Shown here: positions 43,001 through 54,396 of the stretch, in pieces | Layout: each line of letters begins with the position of its first letter | Numbering within the stretch: position 1 is the stretch's first letter | Source of the DNA: an uncultured Gemmatimonadaceae bacterium | GTDB taxonomy: Bacteria > Gemmatimonadota > Gemmatimonadetes > Gemmatimonadales > Gemmatimonadaceae | NCBI GenBank assembly: GCA_963829055.1 | Contig: CAWHHI010000003.1 | Span: 192,001-256,000, forward strand | Direction of reading: 5' to 3' | DNA: 64,000 nucleotides | The notes under the pieces: model-generated | Databases searched by the model: none | What the model was told of the DNA's origin: nothing | Seen by the model: only the letters and a program-made list of their open reading frames with translations | Program-made: the position numbers and the translations under genes

Positions 43001-43390
43001 AAGTACGCGGCCGAGGCGGCGAAGATCGCCGCGGCAGGTGGGCGCGTGGCGGTGGGGTCGCACGGCAACCTGCAGGGCATCGGCTACCACTTCGAGATGT
43101 GGGGCCTAACGATGGGCGGCATGGCCGCGCACGAGGTGCTCCGGTCGGCAACGATGGTCGGCGCGCAGGCCATCGGCCACGCCCAGGATCTCGGCTCCAT
43201 CGAAGCGGGCAAGCTGGCCGACCTGCAGGTGCTCGACGCGAACCCGCTCGACAACATCCGCAACACGAACACGGTGCGGTTCGTGATGAAGAACGGCCGG
43301 CTCTACGACGCGCTCACGCTCGATGAGGTGTGGCCGCGGCAGGTGAAGCGGTCGACGTCGCAGTGGTGGATGGCGGCCGAGCGCCAGTGA
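40028..43390 (+). CDS. TolB-like (PD40) propeller plus amidohydrolase-domain protein (several indels)
   Basis: TDEGTWMSVDVAPDG, PRFSPDG repeats; PGYVDTHAH, GSHGNLQG, GSIEAGKLADL, VMKNGRLY. Confidence 0.88.
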
Positions 43391-43443
43391 CTTCGACCTA
43401 ACGTGTCCCGCGTCGCGCGACTCTGCGACCGCGGCGCTCGAGG

Positions 43444-44730
43444 TCACGGGCCACACCAGGTCAGCATCGTCCGCGCGAGCACCTTGGTGCAGGTGATGAC
43501 CTGCTCGAGCGAGACGAACTCGTCGGCGGCGTGCGCGTTGATCACGTTGCCGGGACCGTACAGCACCGCCGGTATGCCGGCGTGACGGGTGAACAGGCGC
43601 AGATCCGTCCCGCATGGCACGCCGAATATCGACGGCGGCACGCCGACCACGGCCTCGTGGCTGTACGCCAGGCGCTCGATGATCGGAGCGTCGAGCGGCG
43701 TGACGCCGGTCTCGAACTGTCCTTCCACCCATTCGATGACCGGCGGATTGTCCCTGAGCCAGGGCCGCGTCGCCGCCACGTCGTTCACGGCGGCCACGAG
43801 CGCGGCCCTGGCATCCTCCGTTGACTCGTTAGGAAACACGCCCAGCCGGCCTTCGGCGACGAGCACGTCGGGAACGGTGGACGGCCAGTCGCCCGCGCGC
43901 ACCGTCCCGACGCTGAGCGATGCCACGTTCTGCGGATCGTCGAACAGGGCGTCATGGAAGCGGCGATGCCGGTCCGAGTTCAGCTGCTCGAGTGCCGTCA
44001 TGACGGGAATGAACTCCGTGATGGCGCTGACGCCGTGCGGCTTCATGCAGGCGTGGGCGCCCTTGCCGTGCACCGTCAGGCGAAACGTCAGGGCGCCGGT
44101 TTGCACCGGTGCGATCCGAAGGTCCATCGGCTCGACGATGATGCATGCGTCGGCCCGATAGCCTCGCACGATGGTGGTGAGGGTCCCGACGCCGCCGGTC
44201 TCTTCGCCGATCACGCTCTCGAGCAGCACGTCGCCGCGGAGCTCGACCCCGATCGACCGCAGCGCTCGGACCGCGAAGGCGGCGGACGCGAGCCCCGACT
44301 TCATGTCGCACGCGCCGCGGCCGTACAGCCGGTCGCCCTCGATCTCGCCGCCCCACGGGTCGCGCGTCCATTTCGTGACGTCGCCCGGCGGAACGACGTC
44401 CATGTGTCCGTTCACGATGAGCGAGCGGCCGCCGCCCGAGCCGCGCCATCGTCCAATCACGTTCAGGCGGTCGGCGAACGGGATGGCGTCATCGCAGAAC
44501 GCCGGATGCCCCTCGAGCTCTTCGCGAACGGACGGGATGATCTCCGTCTCGAGGCCTAACGACTCGTACTGCGCCGCCATGGCGCGCTGTGCCGCCTGCT
44601 CGCTGCCCGACACACTCGGAATGCGAACCAGCGACCGGGCGAACTCGACCAGCTCCGGGGCCAGGGCGTCGACTGCGGCGTCGACGCGCGCGGCGTCGAC
44701 TGCACCGCGGGCGTTAGGGGAAGCGCTCAT
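43444..44730 (-). CDS. ArgE/DapE-family M20 deacylase
   Basis: NGHMDVVP, GRGACDMKSG, GEETGG, AHAADE. Confidence 0.92.
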   Translation of the reverse strand: MSASPNARGAVDAARVDAAVDALAPELVEFARSLVRIPSVSGSEQAAQRAMAAQYESLGLETEIIPSVREELEGHPAFCDDAIPFADRLNVIGRWRGSGGGRSLIVNGHMDVVPPGDVTKWTRDPWGGEIEGDRLYGRGACDMKSGLASAAFAVRALRSIGVELRGDVLLESVIGEETGGVGTLTTIVRGYRADACIIVEPMDLRIAPVQTGALTFRLTVHGKGAHACMKPHGVSAITEFIPVMTALEQLNSDRHRRFHDALFDDPQNVASLSVGTVRAGDWPSTVPDVLVAEGRLGVFPNESTEDARAALVAAVNDVAATRPWLRDNPPVIEWVEGQFETGVTPLDAPIIERLAYSHEAVVGVPPSIFGVPCGTDLRLFTRHAGIPAVLYGPGNVINAHAADEFVSLEQVITCTKVLARTMLTWCGP

Positions 44731-46127
44731 GCGGCGTCGCGGGTGGAAGTCAGGAAATCGACGATCCGGGCGTGTGTGACGTGCCCGGCGTTCTCGTACT
44801 TCGACGCCACCAATAGTATGCCGGCACGCCAGAGAGCACGACGGCGAGGCCGATGGCGGCCCGTGCCGGCTGCGACGCGATGGTGTTGAGGACCAGTGCT
44901 GCAGCCGACGCAACGAACAGTAGCGGGGTCACCGGATAGCCGGGCACACGAAACGGCCGCGGCACATCGGCCAGCTTCCGTCGATACACGAAGATGCTCA
45001 GGGCGCCGAGCCCGTAGAAGATCCACGCCGCGAAGACGACGTACGTGAGGAGCTGGTCGAAGCTGCCGGTCGCGGCCATGACCATCGCCCACGCGGAGCC
45101 CGCGATGATGGCGATCGCCGGCGTGCCGAAGCGGGGGCTCACCTCCGAGAGCCGGGCGAAGAACACGCCGTCGCGTGCCATCGCGTAGTAGATGCGCGAC
45201 GGCGAGAGCACGCTCGCGTTCGTCGCGCTGAGAATCGAGATGAGAATGAGCGCGCTGACGATCCGCGCCGCGCCGCTGCCCACGGTGGCCGTGAGCGCGT
45301 CCGCCGCCACGCGTTGCGACTGCGCGACCGCCGCTGGCCCGAGGGCGGCGACATAGCCGATGTTCGTGACGATGTAGAGCGTCGCGACCGCGGCGAGGGC
45401 CAGGGTGATGGCTCGCGGAAACGTGCGCTGCGGATCGCGCGCTTCGCCGGCGAGGCAGGTGACGTACTGCCATCCCTCGTAGGCCCAGAGCACGCTGATC
45501 ATCGCCGCGCCGAAACCGCGCGCGGTCGGCGACGCACTGGCGGGTGTCGTCAGCACGGCGCCCGGGTCGCCGACCGCGATGAGCAGGAGGGCGAGGCCAG
45601 CGAGGCCGGCGACCTTGATGACGGTCGTGTAGTTCTGGAGCGTCACGCTCCGTCGCGTGCCGCGGACGTTGAGCACCGCGAGCACCGCGATGAGGCCGAC
45701 GGACACGACGCGCGCTGTTGCCGGCGACATTGGGAACCAGCTGTCCCAGGTAGACGGAGAACGCGACGGCGAGCGTGGCCAGCGCTCCGGTCGCGATGAC
45801 GAAGAACGCGCTCCAGCCATAGAGGAATGCGGGGAGCGGACCGAACGCGTCGCGGATGTAGACGTAGATGCCGCCGGCCTCGGGGCGCATGGCGCCGAGC
45901 TCCGCGTAGGTGAGCGCGCCGAAGAAGGAGAGGAGTCCGCCGGCCGTCCACACGCCGAGCGCGAGGAGGGTGTTCGTGCCGGTGTTCGCGAGGACGAGCC
46001 CGGGGACGAGGAAGATGCCGGAGCCGATGACGATGCCGATGGCGGCGAAGGCCAGGTCGGCGGTGCCGAGCAGGCGGGCGAGCGGCGCGGAGGCGGCGGG
46101 AGGGGCGATCGGCACGGGCGCCAACAT
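44727..46127 (-). CDS. APC-family amino acid permease (indels)
   Basis: IGSGIF, TYAELG, GGIYVY, WAYEGW, YAMARDG, RPFRVPGYP. Confidence 0.9.
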   Translation of the reverse strand: MLAPVPIAPPAASAPLARLLGTADLAFAAIGIVIGSGIFLVPGLVLANTGTNTLLALGVWTAGGLLSFFGALTYAELGAMRPEAGGIYVYIRDAFGPLPAFLYGWSAFFVIATGALATLAVAFSVYLGQLVPNVAGNSARRVRRPHRGARGAQRPRHATERDAPELHDRHQGRRPRWPRPPAHRGRRPGRRADDTRQCVADRARFRRGDDQRALGLRGMAVRHLPRRRSARSAAHVSASHHPGPRRGRDALHRHEHRLCRRPRASGGRAVATRGGGRAHGHRGQRRGADRQRAHSHLDSQRDERERALAVAHLLRDGTRRRVLRPALGGEPPLRHAGDRHHRGLRVGDGHGRDRQLRPAPHVRRLRGVDLLRARRPEHLRVSTEAGRCAAAVSCARLSGDPATVRCVGCSTGPQHHRVAAGTGRHRPRRRALWRAGILLVASKYENAGHVTHARIVDFLTSTRDAA

Positions 46128-46219
46128 GCCGACGAAAATGGTATACAGCAACGGTACGCCGGCGCGAGCGCGAAGCTCGTGGTCTTCGCGCTCGGCCAGT
46201 AGCGTGGAAACTGGGCCAG

Positions 46220-47553
46220 CTAGCTACAGGCGTTCGGGTCGTTCCAGTTCCGCGCCGGCTGCGCGCTCGGCAACGGGATGTTGGTGTTCGTGTTCCGCTC
46301 GGACTGCGCGTACAGAATGCGCCCCGGGATGCCGCCCACCGCGCCCTGCGCCGGCGTGAGCGCCGGGAGACACGTGCGCTTCCAGTCGTTCCACACTTCC
46401 ATGTTCTGGAAGAGCGCGATGTACTTCTCCGTCATGATGTCGCTGAGCGTCGCGCTCCCGACCGCGGGGAGGCCCGCGTCGGCTCGCTCCGCGTTCAGCG
46501 CCGTCAGCGCCGTGTTCGTCTGCCCGAGCCGGAACGCCGACTCGGCGATGATCAGCTGGTTCTCGGCGTACGTCACGATCGGCTGACGGTAGTCCGGCGC
46601 AACTCGCGCGTCGTCGAACGTGGAGATCGTGGCACTTCCCTGCTGTCCCGGCGCCGCGCCGACGTACTGGCCAGCCGCGTTCGGGTCGAAGTACTGGGCG
46701 AGCCGCGGGTCGTTGCGACTCTGGAGCAGGTTCACGAGAAACGCACCCGGGCTCATGTATCCCGCGCGCTGAATCACCGTGAACTGGTACCAGGAGTTCT
46801 GCTCGTTAGGGTCATCGGACTGATACGACAGCAGGTCGTCGCCTTTCTGCAACCCCTGCTGCGCCTGTGCGAGCGCGGCCTGGTACGCCGACGTGCCCTG
46901 ACGTTCCGCGACGTGCAGGTAGAATCGCGCCTTGAGCGTGTGCGCGAGGCGCAGCCACTTCGTCTTGTTGCCGCCGTAGAACAGGTCGGCGCCGGCGGGG
47001 CCGGTGCCGGTTCCGCCGAGAAGGGTGATCGCGGTGTCGAGCTTCGCCTGAACCGCCGCGTACACCTGCTCCTGCGGGTCGAGCGTCGGCGAGATCGTGT
47101 CACCTACGGCCTCGCGAGTAAGGAATGTCGCCCCACACGTCGGCGGCCACGCCCACGGTGAGCGCCTCGAGCACCCGCGCCGATGCCGCCGTACACGTTG
47201 TCCTTCGAGCTGTCGGCGATCGCCTCGATCTTCCGGATGTCGAGGAGCCCGCCGCCCGTGTACACCTGGGAGAACGGACCGTTGTACGCGTCCTCGCCGT
47301 AGTTGTACACGCCGAGGTCCTTGTACTGACGGTCGGTGCCGGCGCACTGCTGCATCCATACGCACACCGTGCGAGCGAGATCGCTCGTGTACTGCTGGTT
47401 CAGCGCGGTCTCGGTCGCGACGAGGAGCTGGTCCGCGTTCGCGGCCGTCGGTTGATTGGGATTGGTCGTCGCGTCGGGCGCCGACAGGAAATCGGAGCAG
47501 GCGGTCGTGATGCCCAGCAAGGCCGCTCCACACACAACAAGTCTGATTCGCAT
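46220..47553 (-). CDS. SusD/RagB-family lipoprotein (indels near 47100-47190)
   Basis: TTAC lipobox, NPN, HTLKARFYLH, DPRL, IMTEKYIALF, WNDWKRT; downstream of SusC. Confidence 0.88.
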
Positions 47554-47570
47554 GGAATCCCTCGAGGACT

Positions 47571-47610
47571 CCATCGGCCATCAACCGTAACGACGGTTGA
47601 TGGCCGATGG
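47571..47610. promoter_or_regulatory. Perfect 18-bp stem-loop in the susC-susD spacer
   Basis: CCATCGGCCATCAACCGT-AACG-ACGGTTGATGGCCGATGG; no U-tract. Confidence 0.6.
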
Positions 47611-47623
47611 TGGTGGCTGATGA

Positions 47624-50600
47624 CTATCGATTGATCCCCAGCGTGATCACCAACGATCGCGTCTGCGGGTTGTTGAAGTAGTCGATGCCCTGCGCGGCCA
47701 CTTCGGCGCCGCCGAGGTTCGTCTCGGGATCGATACCGCTGTACTTGGTCCACGTCGCGAGGTTGCGTCCGGCCAAGCGGAGATCGAGACTCGTTACGCC
47801 GAGGCTCCGACTGACCCACGGACCCGTGAAGTGTAGCCGACCGAGATCTCGCGGAGCTTCACGAAGCTGCCGTCCTCGAGGAACTGAGACGCGACGGTGC
47901 CGAAGCCGCTGCCGAGACCCGTGTACCAGTTCTCGCCGATCGGAACCGCCGTGCCACTGCCTGGGCCGAACACGGCGCCACTCATGAAGTCCTTACCGAA
48001 CGTCCGCTCGTTGCCCGTGCACGCCAGGTTGTCGGTCGCGTCGTACGTGCAGTTGGCGCGGAGCCGCGTCTCGGCCGCCGTCCCGAAGTTGTCGAGCGCG
48101 CCTCTGCGTGCCGTTCCAGATCACGCCACCCCGACGGATGTCGAGGAGGCCCGACACCGTGACCTTGCGCCAGCGGAGGCCCGTGCGAACACCGCCCGTC
48201 CAGTTCGGATTCGGGTCGCCAATGACGCGCTGCGTCGGGTCCTGCGACCGGGAAGCCATCCGGGCCAATGTAGAGCGCACCGTTAGGCGCCTTCGCTGCC
48301 GCGCAGGCGGCGTTGATGTCCGTCGGCGTTCCCGAACCGTCGACGTCCACCGAGTTCGGCGTGCCGTTGCGGCACCGCACGAAGTCGTAGCTGCGGAAGA
48401 CACCGATCGGGTAGCCACGCACCGCGGACACCAGCGTACCGGTGAAGAAGCCACCCGTCGGGAGGTCGACCGCCTCGGCGCCGCGTGAGCGTCGAGCACC
48501 TTGTTCTTGTTGTGCGCGTACTGGAAGCCGAGATCCCAGTCGAAGTCCGTGGTGCGAATCGGGTGGAGGTTGAGTGACGCTTCGATGCCCGTGTTGCGAA
48601 TGACACCGGCGTTGGCTCGCCTGCACGTTGTAGCCCGTGGACGCCGCCAGCGGCAGATCGAAGATGACGTCGTGCGCCTTGCGGTCGTAGTACGTGAAGC
48701 TCGCGTCCGCGCGATCCTTCAGGAACCCGAAATCGACGCCGGTCTCGAACTCACGCTGGTTCTCTGGCTTGAGATTGTTCTGCGGCTTGCGCAACGCGGT
48801 GAACAGGCCGCCCTGGCCGCCCTGGCTCGCGAGCAGCGCGTCGCTCCACGTGCTCGTGAAGAAGCCAGACGAGTAGTAGCCGTTCGTCAGGTAGACGCCG
48901 GGCTCGGTGCCCGTCTCGCCCGTACGCCGCGCGCACACGCCCCTGGCTCAGCAGGCCGCCTAACGTCGTGTAGTTCGTGAAGTTCCACGCGAGCGTCGCG
49001 GCCGGGAACCAGTGCCGCCGGTTGCTCGACGCCGAACGTCGAGAACCCGTCGTTCCGGAGCGTCGCGGTGAGGTAGAGCTGGCGCCAGAACTCCTGCTGA
49101 TACTGCCCGAAGTACGACTCGCCGCGGACGAGCGAGCGGAAGTCGTTAGGCGTGCGCGTCGTCGTGTTCGTGAGCACGAACGGCTGCGGCGCGATCAGGT
49201 CCTGCCCGGTGACGATGTCCTGGCGGAAGTTGCGGCTGTTGAGGTTGCCGCCAACGACGAATCGCGACTCGAAGCCCTCCCAGAACGACTGCGTGAACGT
49301 CGCCGTGAGGTTGTTGTCGAGCTGATAGTTCACGAGGTTGCCGCGGATCACCTGGCCCGTCGGGAACGACGAGCTCGTCTTCGGCAGTGTCTCCAGCCGC
49401 TCATCGCTCACGTAGTCCGCGCCAACCGTTAGGCGGACGCTGACCCACTCCCTCGGATCGTAGCTGAGGCCGATGTTGCCGAACGCGCGCCCGACCTGCT
49501 GGCGTGTTGTCCTGGTTCTTGATCGCGAACAGCGGATTGTCGTAGCCGCGCGACGTGTTGATCGACCCGGTCGATGGCTCCGGGAACCGGAACGACCGAT
49601 GCAGCCCGGACGCCGGGTCGAGGTACTCGAAGTTGTTGAACTCGGGCGGCGTCCGCCAACTGCCGAGTGACACACCCGACGTGTTCGAGCCCTTCTGCAC
49701 GAACTTCCCGCGATCGTCCACGTACGCGACGTTGCCGTCGAGCGCGGAATCCGGCCGGGCAGCGTCTGCGACGCCTTGAGCCGGACCGAGTACCGGTCGT
49801 ACCGATCGTTGTTGCCGACGACGATACCGTTCTGGTTGCTCGCGCCGCCCGAGAGATAGAACGTCGTGCGATCGCTGCCGCCGGAGACGCGTCAGCGTGT
49901 TGTCGTACGTGACCCGTTCTCGAACAGGTCGGTCGAGTGGTCCCACGTCGGCGTGCCGGCAGCGAGCTTCGGGCCCCACGTCGTACTCGTTAGGGAGCAG
50001 TCGGGCTTGGTGCACGTGACGCCTTCGCCGCCTGTGCCCTGGCCGTACTCGCGCTGCAGCGGCTCGCTGCGATAGAGCTGATCGATGCGCGTCGTCGAGC
50101 GAAAACCGAGGGTGATGCCGCCGGTCGGCTCGCCCACTCTTCGTCGTGATGAGCACGACGCCCTGCCCCGCACGCGCGCCGTAGATCGCGGCCGCCGCGC
50201 CGGACTTCAGAATCTCGATGTTCTCGATGTCGTTCGGGTTGATGTCCGCCGCGCGATTCGGGACGTCGGTGCTAGCCGTCGGCCCACCGGTCGGCAGTCG
50301 TCGAGTTGTCGATCGGCGTGCCGTCGACGACGAACAGCGGCTGCCCGGTTCCCTGAATCGTGTTCAGGCCGCGGATGCGGATCGATGACGACGAGCCCGG
50401 CGATCCGGACTGCGACGTGACGGTCACGCCCGGCGCTTTCGCCGCGAGCGCGTTGACGACGTTCGTCTCGTTCGAGTTCACGATCGTCGACGAGTCCACC
50501 GGCGTGCGCACGGTACCGATGCGCTCGGCTTGCGTGGCCGTGCCGGCGCCGGTGACGACGACCTCACCGAGTTGCAGTGGATTCGCCGCGAGCGTGAAGT

Positions 50601-50924
50601 CGTGCGTGATCGGTCGTGCCCGGCGTCAGCGTCACCTGGATCGAGGTCGGGCGGAAACCGAGCCGCCGCGCCTCGAGCGTCGCGGTCTGTCCGCGAGGCG
50701 CGCGCGGCGGGAACGGTGAACGAGTAGCGTCCGTCCTCGCGGTCATCGAGCCGAGGCCGAGGCCAACGAGCGCGACGGACGCGCCCGGCATCGGTTGGCC
50801 CGTCTCGTTGACGACGCGTCCCGGAAACGGTGATGGGTTGTGGTGTCTGCGCTCGCGCGAGTGCTGGCCACGCGACCGCGACCATTAGTGCCGTGGTCGT
50901 GAGTCGACAATGCATCCGTGTCAT
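47624..50924 (-). CDS. SusC/RagA-family TonB-linked receptor (many indels)
   Basis: [71 protein letters not shown]. Confidence 0.92.
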
Positions 50925-51557
50925 GCGTCCTCCGCATTCTGCGGTAGGGTGATCGCATGACCACCGTCCCCATGACGGCGGTCGACCGTCGGGACGACAT
51001 CAGGATGCATTGCCAGCGAACGTGCTTCGACTGCGACCGGGATGAACGTCTACAGAGAGCTACACTCGCGAGCTGCCGTGCCCAGACGCCGGCTCCGACG
51101 ACTCACGACCGGTCATCGAACGACGCGATGTCGGCGCGTCGATGGTTTCGGCGTGAGTGGCGGAGCGATTTGCAAATCGCGTGCACCAGAGTGGGACGAG
51201 CCCAATTAAGAAGTGGTGAAATGCGATAGTTGGGATGTGAAGCGAGCAGGACCGACGTGTTAGCTGCCGTTAAGCTAAGCGCGAACGAGGGTGCCGGACC
51301 TAACGCCAGAGGCTGCAGCATTTCGCTGCACGCTGGGCACGTCTGCCGACGGCTGCATGCTGCGGCCGCACGCTGCCCGCTGCTGCCAATACCGCCCGGT
51401 CACCCACGCGCTGCGCGCTGCTCGCCGAACGACCCAGTCCCAGTCCCCAGTCCCACCATTCGATGCACCACTCAATGGAACGGTCGTCTCCGCCTAACGC
51501 GGCCCTCGTATCACTCGGCGGCACAGGCTGCCCGGCTCGCGCGAGAGAGCGACAGAG

Positions 51558-53084
51558 TCAGCGCGGCGCTGACGCGACCTCGGCCCTGAACGACCCGGTC
51601 AGGACTCGGCCACGACGCTTGACCTGCACCCAGACCGTGTAGTCGCCGGGCCGTGGAAACGCATACGGGAAGTAGACGGTATCCTGCACGGTTGTCGGGG
51701 CGTCCATCCCGTGACGCATCCCATCGCTTCCATCGGTTGCTTCCGTCCGCGCGAGCCTCGACTGCGCCGCGAGCGAGATGGTTCCGAGCGGATGTAAATG
51801 GATGAACACGCTGCGATCATCGCGCACGACCACCGCGTGCCCTGCCATGCCGAGGTACGGTTCGAGCGAGGCCGTGTCGCCCGACGGTGGTGTCACCGCG
51901 AACCGAAGACCCGCCTCCTCGTCGGCGGTGAGTGGCCGGCCGTCGCGCACCCATGTGAGCGTCGTACCATCCTCGAGCACGGCGCGCGTCGCATCGCCAG
52001 TTCGCTTGGCCGTAGCCCACGATGCATCCGAGTCCGCGACGCTCGCGACGCTGTCGCTACCGGAGGCGCTAACTGTGGCCGAACCGCTCGGCACAGTGAT
52101 CGATGACGTCAGCGTCTCCGTGAAGCCGCTCGCGTGTACGATGTCGGCGAACACGGAGTAAGTACCGGCCGGCAACGGCGGCAGCGCGGCCTCGAACGTC
52201 ACCGTGTCGATCGTGGTCGGATGGAGGTGTGCGAACGCGCTCCGTCCGTCCGACGCGACGACGAAGAGATGAACGAGCTTGTCGTGATCCGTAATCAGCT
52301 CGCTCGGCTGCGGCAGGCGCCGGCCCCTGAGCCACCCCACATCGTTGCAATGCAGCCACGCCGAATCAGTGATGGCGAGTAGCAATCGCGGACGCGGCGC
52401 CGCCGGTTCCAATCGCGCCGTCACGGACATCGACCGAAACAGATTTCTCGCGAATCGCCTGTCCTCGGCCCGCCACCACGCCGCCGTGCCGGTGATGACG
52501 AGGACGAAGATGCCGGCCGCTCGCGCCATCGCCCACCGGGCGCGCCGCTGGCGCTGCGCATCCGGCTCGGCACCCGGTGGGAGTACGCTCTCGCGGACGG
52601 CGGCGCCGACAATGGTCACAATGCCTAACGCCAGAACGAGGCCGGCGATGCACAGCACCGCGGCGAGCGGACGATCGAACCCGAGCCGGCGGCCGGCGAC
52701 GGCCGTGAGCGGCACGACGATCGTTCCACTCCCCTTGCCGCCCTGCACGGCGATGGTGACGCTGTTGGAGCCAGCGGTCATCACCCATAACCGCGTGCGA
52801 TACCATCCCGGATTGTCCGCAACGGGCGCCGCCACGTCCGGCGGCGGCGTGCCGCCCGTCGCGTCGAAGCGATTGACGAATGCGGTCACGCGATCGACGC
52901 CCGGCTCGTTCGCTCGCACGTTGACGACAGCAATACCGGGAACGACCGGCGGCGCCTGAACGTGTACGAGCACGCGATACGGTCCCGCGGGACCGTCGTA
53001 CCACGCATCGGGGCTCCCAATGTGCGCAGAGCAAACGACGACCGCCGCGGCAAGTATCGTGGCGTGGCGGACGCGGCGCATCAT
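51558..53084 (-). CDS. Hypothetical exported membrane protein with predicted N-terminal His and His/Met-rich metal-binding motifs
   Basis: Signal peptide ending VVVCSA|HIGSP; two central TM helices; HDKLVHLF, FAHLHP, LGMAGH, FIHLHP, GMRHGM. Confidence 0.8.
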   Translation of the reverse strand: MMRRVRHATILAAAVVVCSAHIGSPDAWYDGPAGPYRVLVHVQAPPVVPGIAVVNVRANEPGVDRVTAFVNRFDATGGTPPPDVAAPVADNPGWYRTRLWVMTAGSNSVTIAVQGGKGSGTIVVPLTAVAGRRLGFDRPLAAVLCIAGLVLALGIVTIVGAAVRESVLPPGAEPDAQRQRRARWAMARAAGIFVLVITGTAAWWRAEDRRFARNLFRSMSVTARLEPAAPRPRLLLAITDSAWLHCNDVGWLRGRRLPQPSELITDHDKLVHLFVVASDGRSAFAHLHPTTIDTVTFEAALPPLPAGTYSVFADIVHASGFTETLTSSITVPSGSATVSASGSDSVASVADSDASWATAKRTGDATRAVLEDGTTLTWVRDGRPLTADEEAGLRFAVTPPSGDTASLEPYLGMAGHAVVVRDDRSVFIHLHPLGTISLAAQSRLARTEATDGSDGMRHGMDAPTTVQDTVYFPYAFPRPGDYTVWVQVKRRGRVLTGSFRAEVASAPR

Positions 53085-53103
53085 ACCTGTATGCCCTGTA
53101 TGC

Positions 53104-54301
53104 TCAGCGCTGTACACGCGCCATGCCCGCGCCAATCCAGAGACCGATCCGTGATGTCGCGATGGCGGTGAGGACCGCGATCGCGAGCCCACGCGCGAGA
53201 GCGCCCGCACTCGGGGCACCGTTCCAGAATTCGTGACGCCACGTGCCGGGTCTCAGATAGTAGTCCCACTGATCCGCCGCGAACACGAAATTGCGCGCGC
53301 CGGGACTGAGCAGGAACTCGGCCCACCACCAGTGCGCGACGAACATGAGCGCCACGAAGGCGACGCCTAACGCGCCGGCGAGCCGCCAGTCATGGCGCGA
53401 GCTGTGGCCGCGCAGACGTCGCATGAGCAGATCGATCGCGACCGCCGGCACGACGAGCAACAACGGGAACGGCGGTGCCACCATGTGGGTGATCGGGTTG
53501 TAGATCGGCGCCAGCTTCGCGGTTGCCGGAAAGAGCTGCAGCGTCCACATGAGCACGAGCACGATCGCCATGTACACGCCGGCGGTCGTCGTCGCCGGCC
53601 AGCGCAGTCGCGAGGGACGCGCCGTCGCGACGAGAATGAGCGGCACGCCGATCGCCGTCAGGATGAAGAATCGCGCAGAGTGCATGTCGTTCGGGAACGC
53701 CGCGTACTCCAGCAGTACGGTTGCGTGCATCGTGAGCAGGATGCCTGCTGACGCGGCGTACAGAAGGCTGAGTCGTCGCTGCTCCTCATGCGCGGCGCGG
53801 TTCTGTCGCGCGAGCGCCATGAGCATCGCGCCGACCTGGATCGCGATCATCCCCCACGCGAGCACCATGTGCGGCGGACTCATGATCTTGACGTCGAGCC
53901 CGTACGCGTTGTGCCACCAGTTATCGAACGGCGCGGACGCGATCATCATGAGCGTACCCCAGATGCAGACCCAGGCGCCGAGTGGACCGCGAAAGCCCCA
54001 GAAGCGGACGCTGTGCGCGAGGTCGGCGTCGCGTCGGCCGAACGTCGTCCGCAGCACGAGCCATCCGCAGCTCGAGCCGGCGACGATCGCGGCGAGCTGC
54101 TCCAGCAGAATGTGGCGGTGACCAGAACGTGTCGCGCCCGATCGAGCGGTGCCACGAGATGTCCCAGATCAGCCCGACGACGATGCAGATGGACGCGCCG
54201 ATCACCGCGTAGAGCGGCCACGTCCGCTCGGCCGCTCGCGAGACTGTAACGGCGGAGGCGCGGGTTCGATTCGGTCGGACGGCGTCGAGGGTTGTACTCA
54301 C
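53104..54301 (-). CDS. Hypothetical polytopic membrane protein with two DxxWH...PPH motifs (one extra base near 54110)
   Basis: WDISWHRSIGRDTFWSPPH (ORF 53921..54523) joins the frame of ORF 53104..54057, which has FDNWWHNAYGLDVKIMSPPH. Confidence 0.8.
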
Positions 54302-54396
54302 AATCTCTCGATTCGAGGTCTGTCCGAATGTGTCGCCCGGACGATCCGCTGGGTACGTGCGCTCCCTAGAGTAAGTGGAGCGAATCACGGATAGCG

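Noticed and set aside
50925..51557. Riboswitch or operator upstream of susC (TTAGCT-N7-AGCTAA near 51260; also the 1005-1430 leader)
   Set aside because: I recognised no cobalamin, TPP or other riboswitch consensus, and a single short palindrome is insufficient; an Rfam scan would settle it.
51558..54301. Calling the pair a true pmoCAB/amoCAB operon
   Set aside because: Only short motifs and topology match; there is no pmoA gene and no overall similarity visible by eye, so methane or ammonia oxidation is not claimed.
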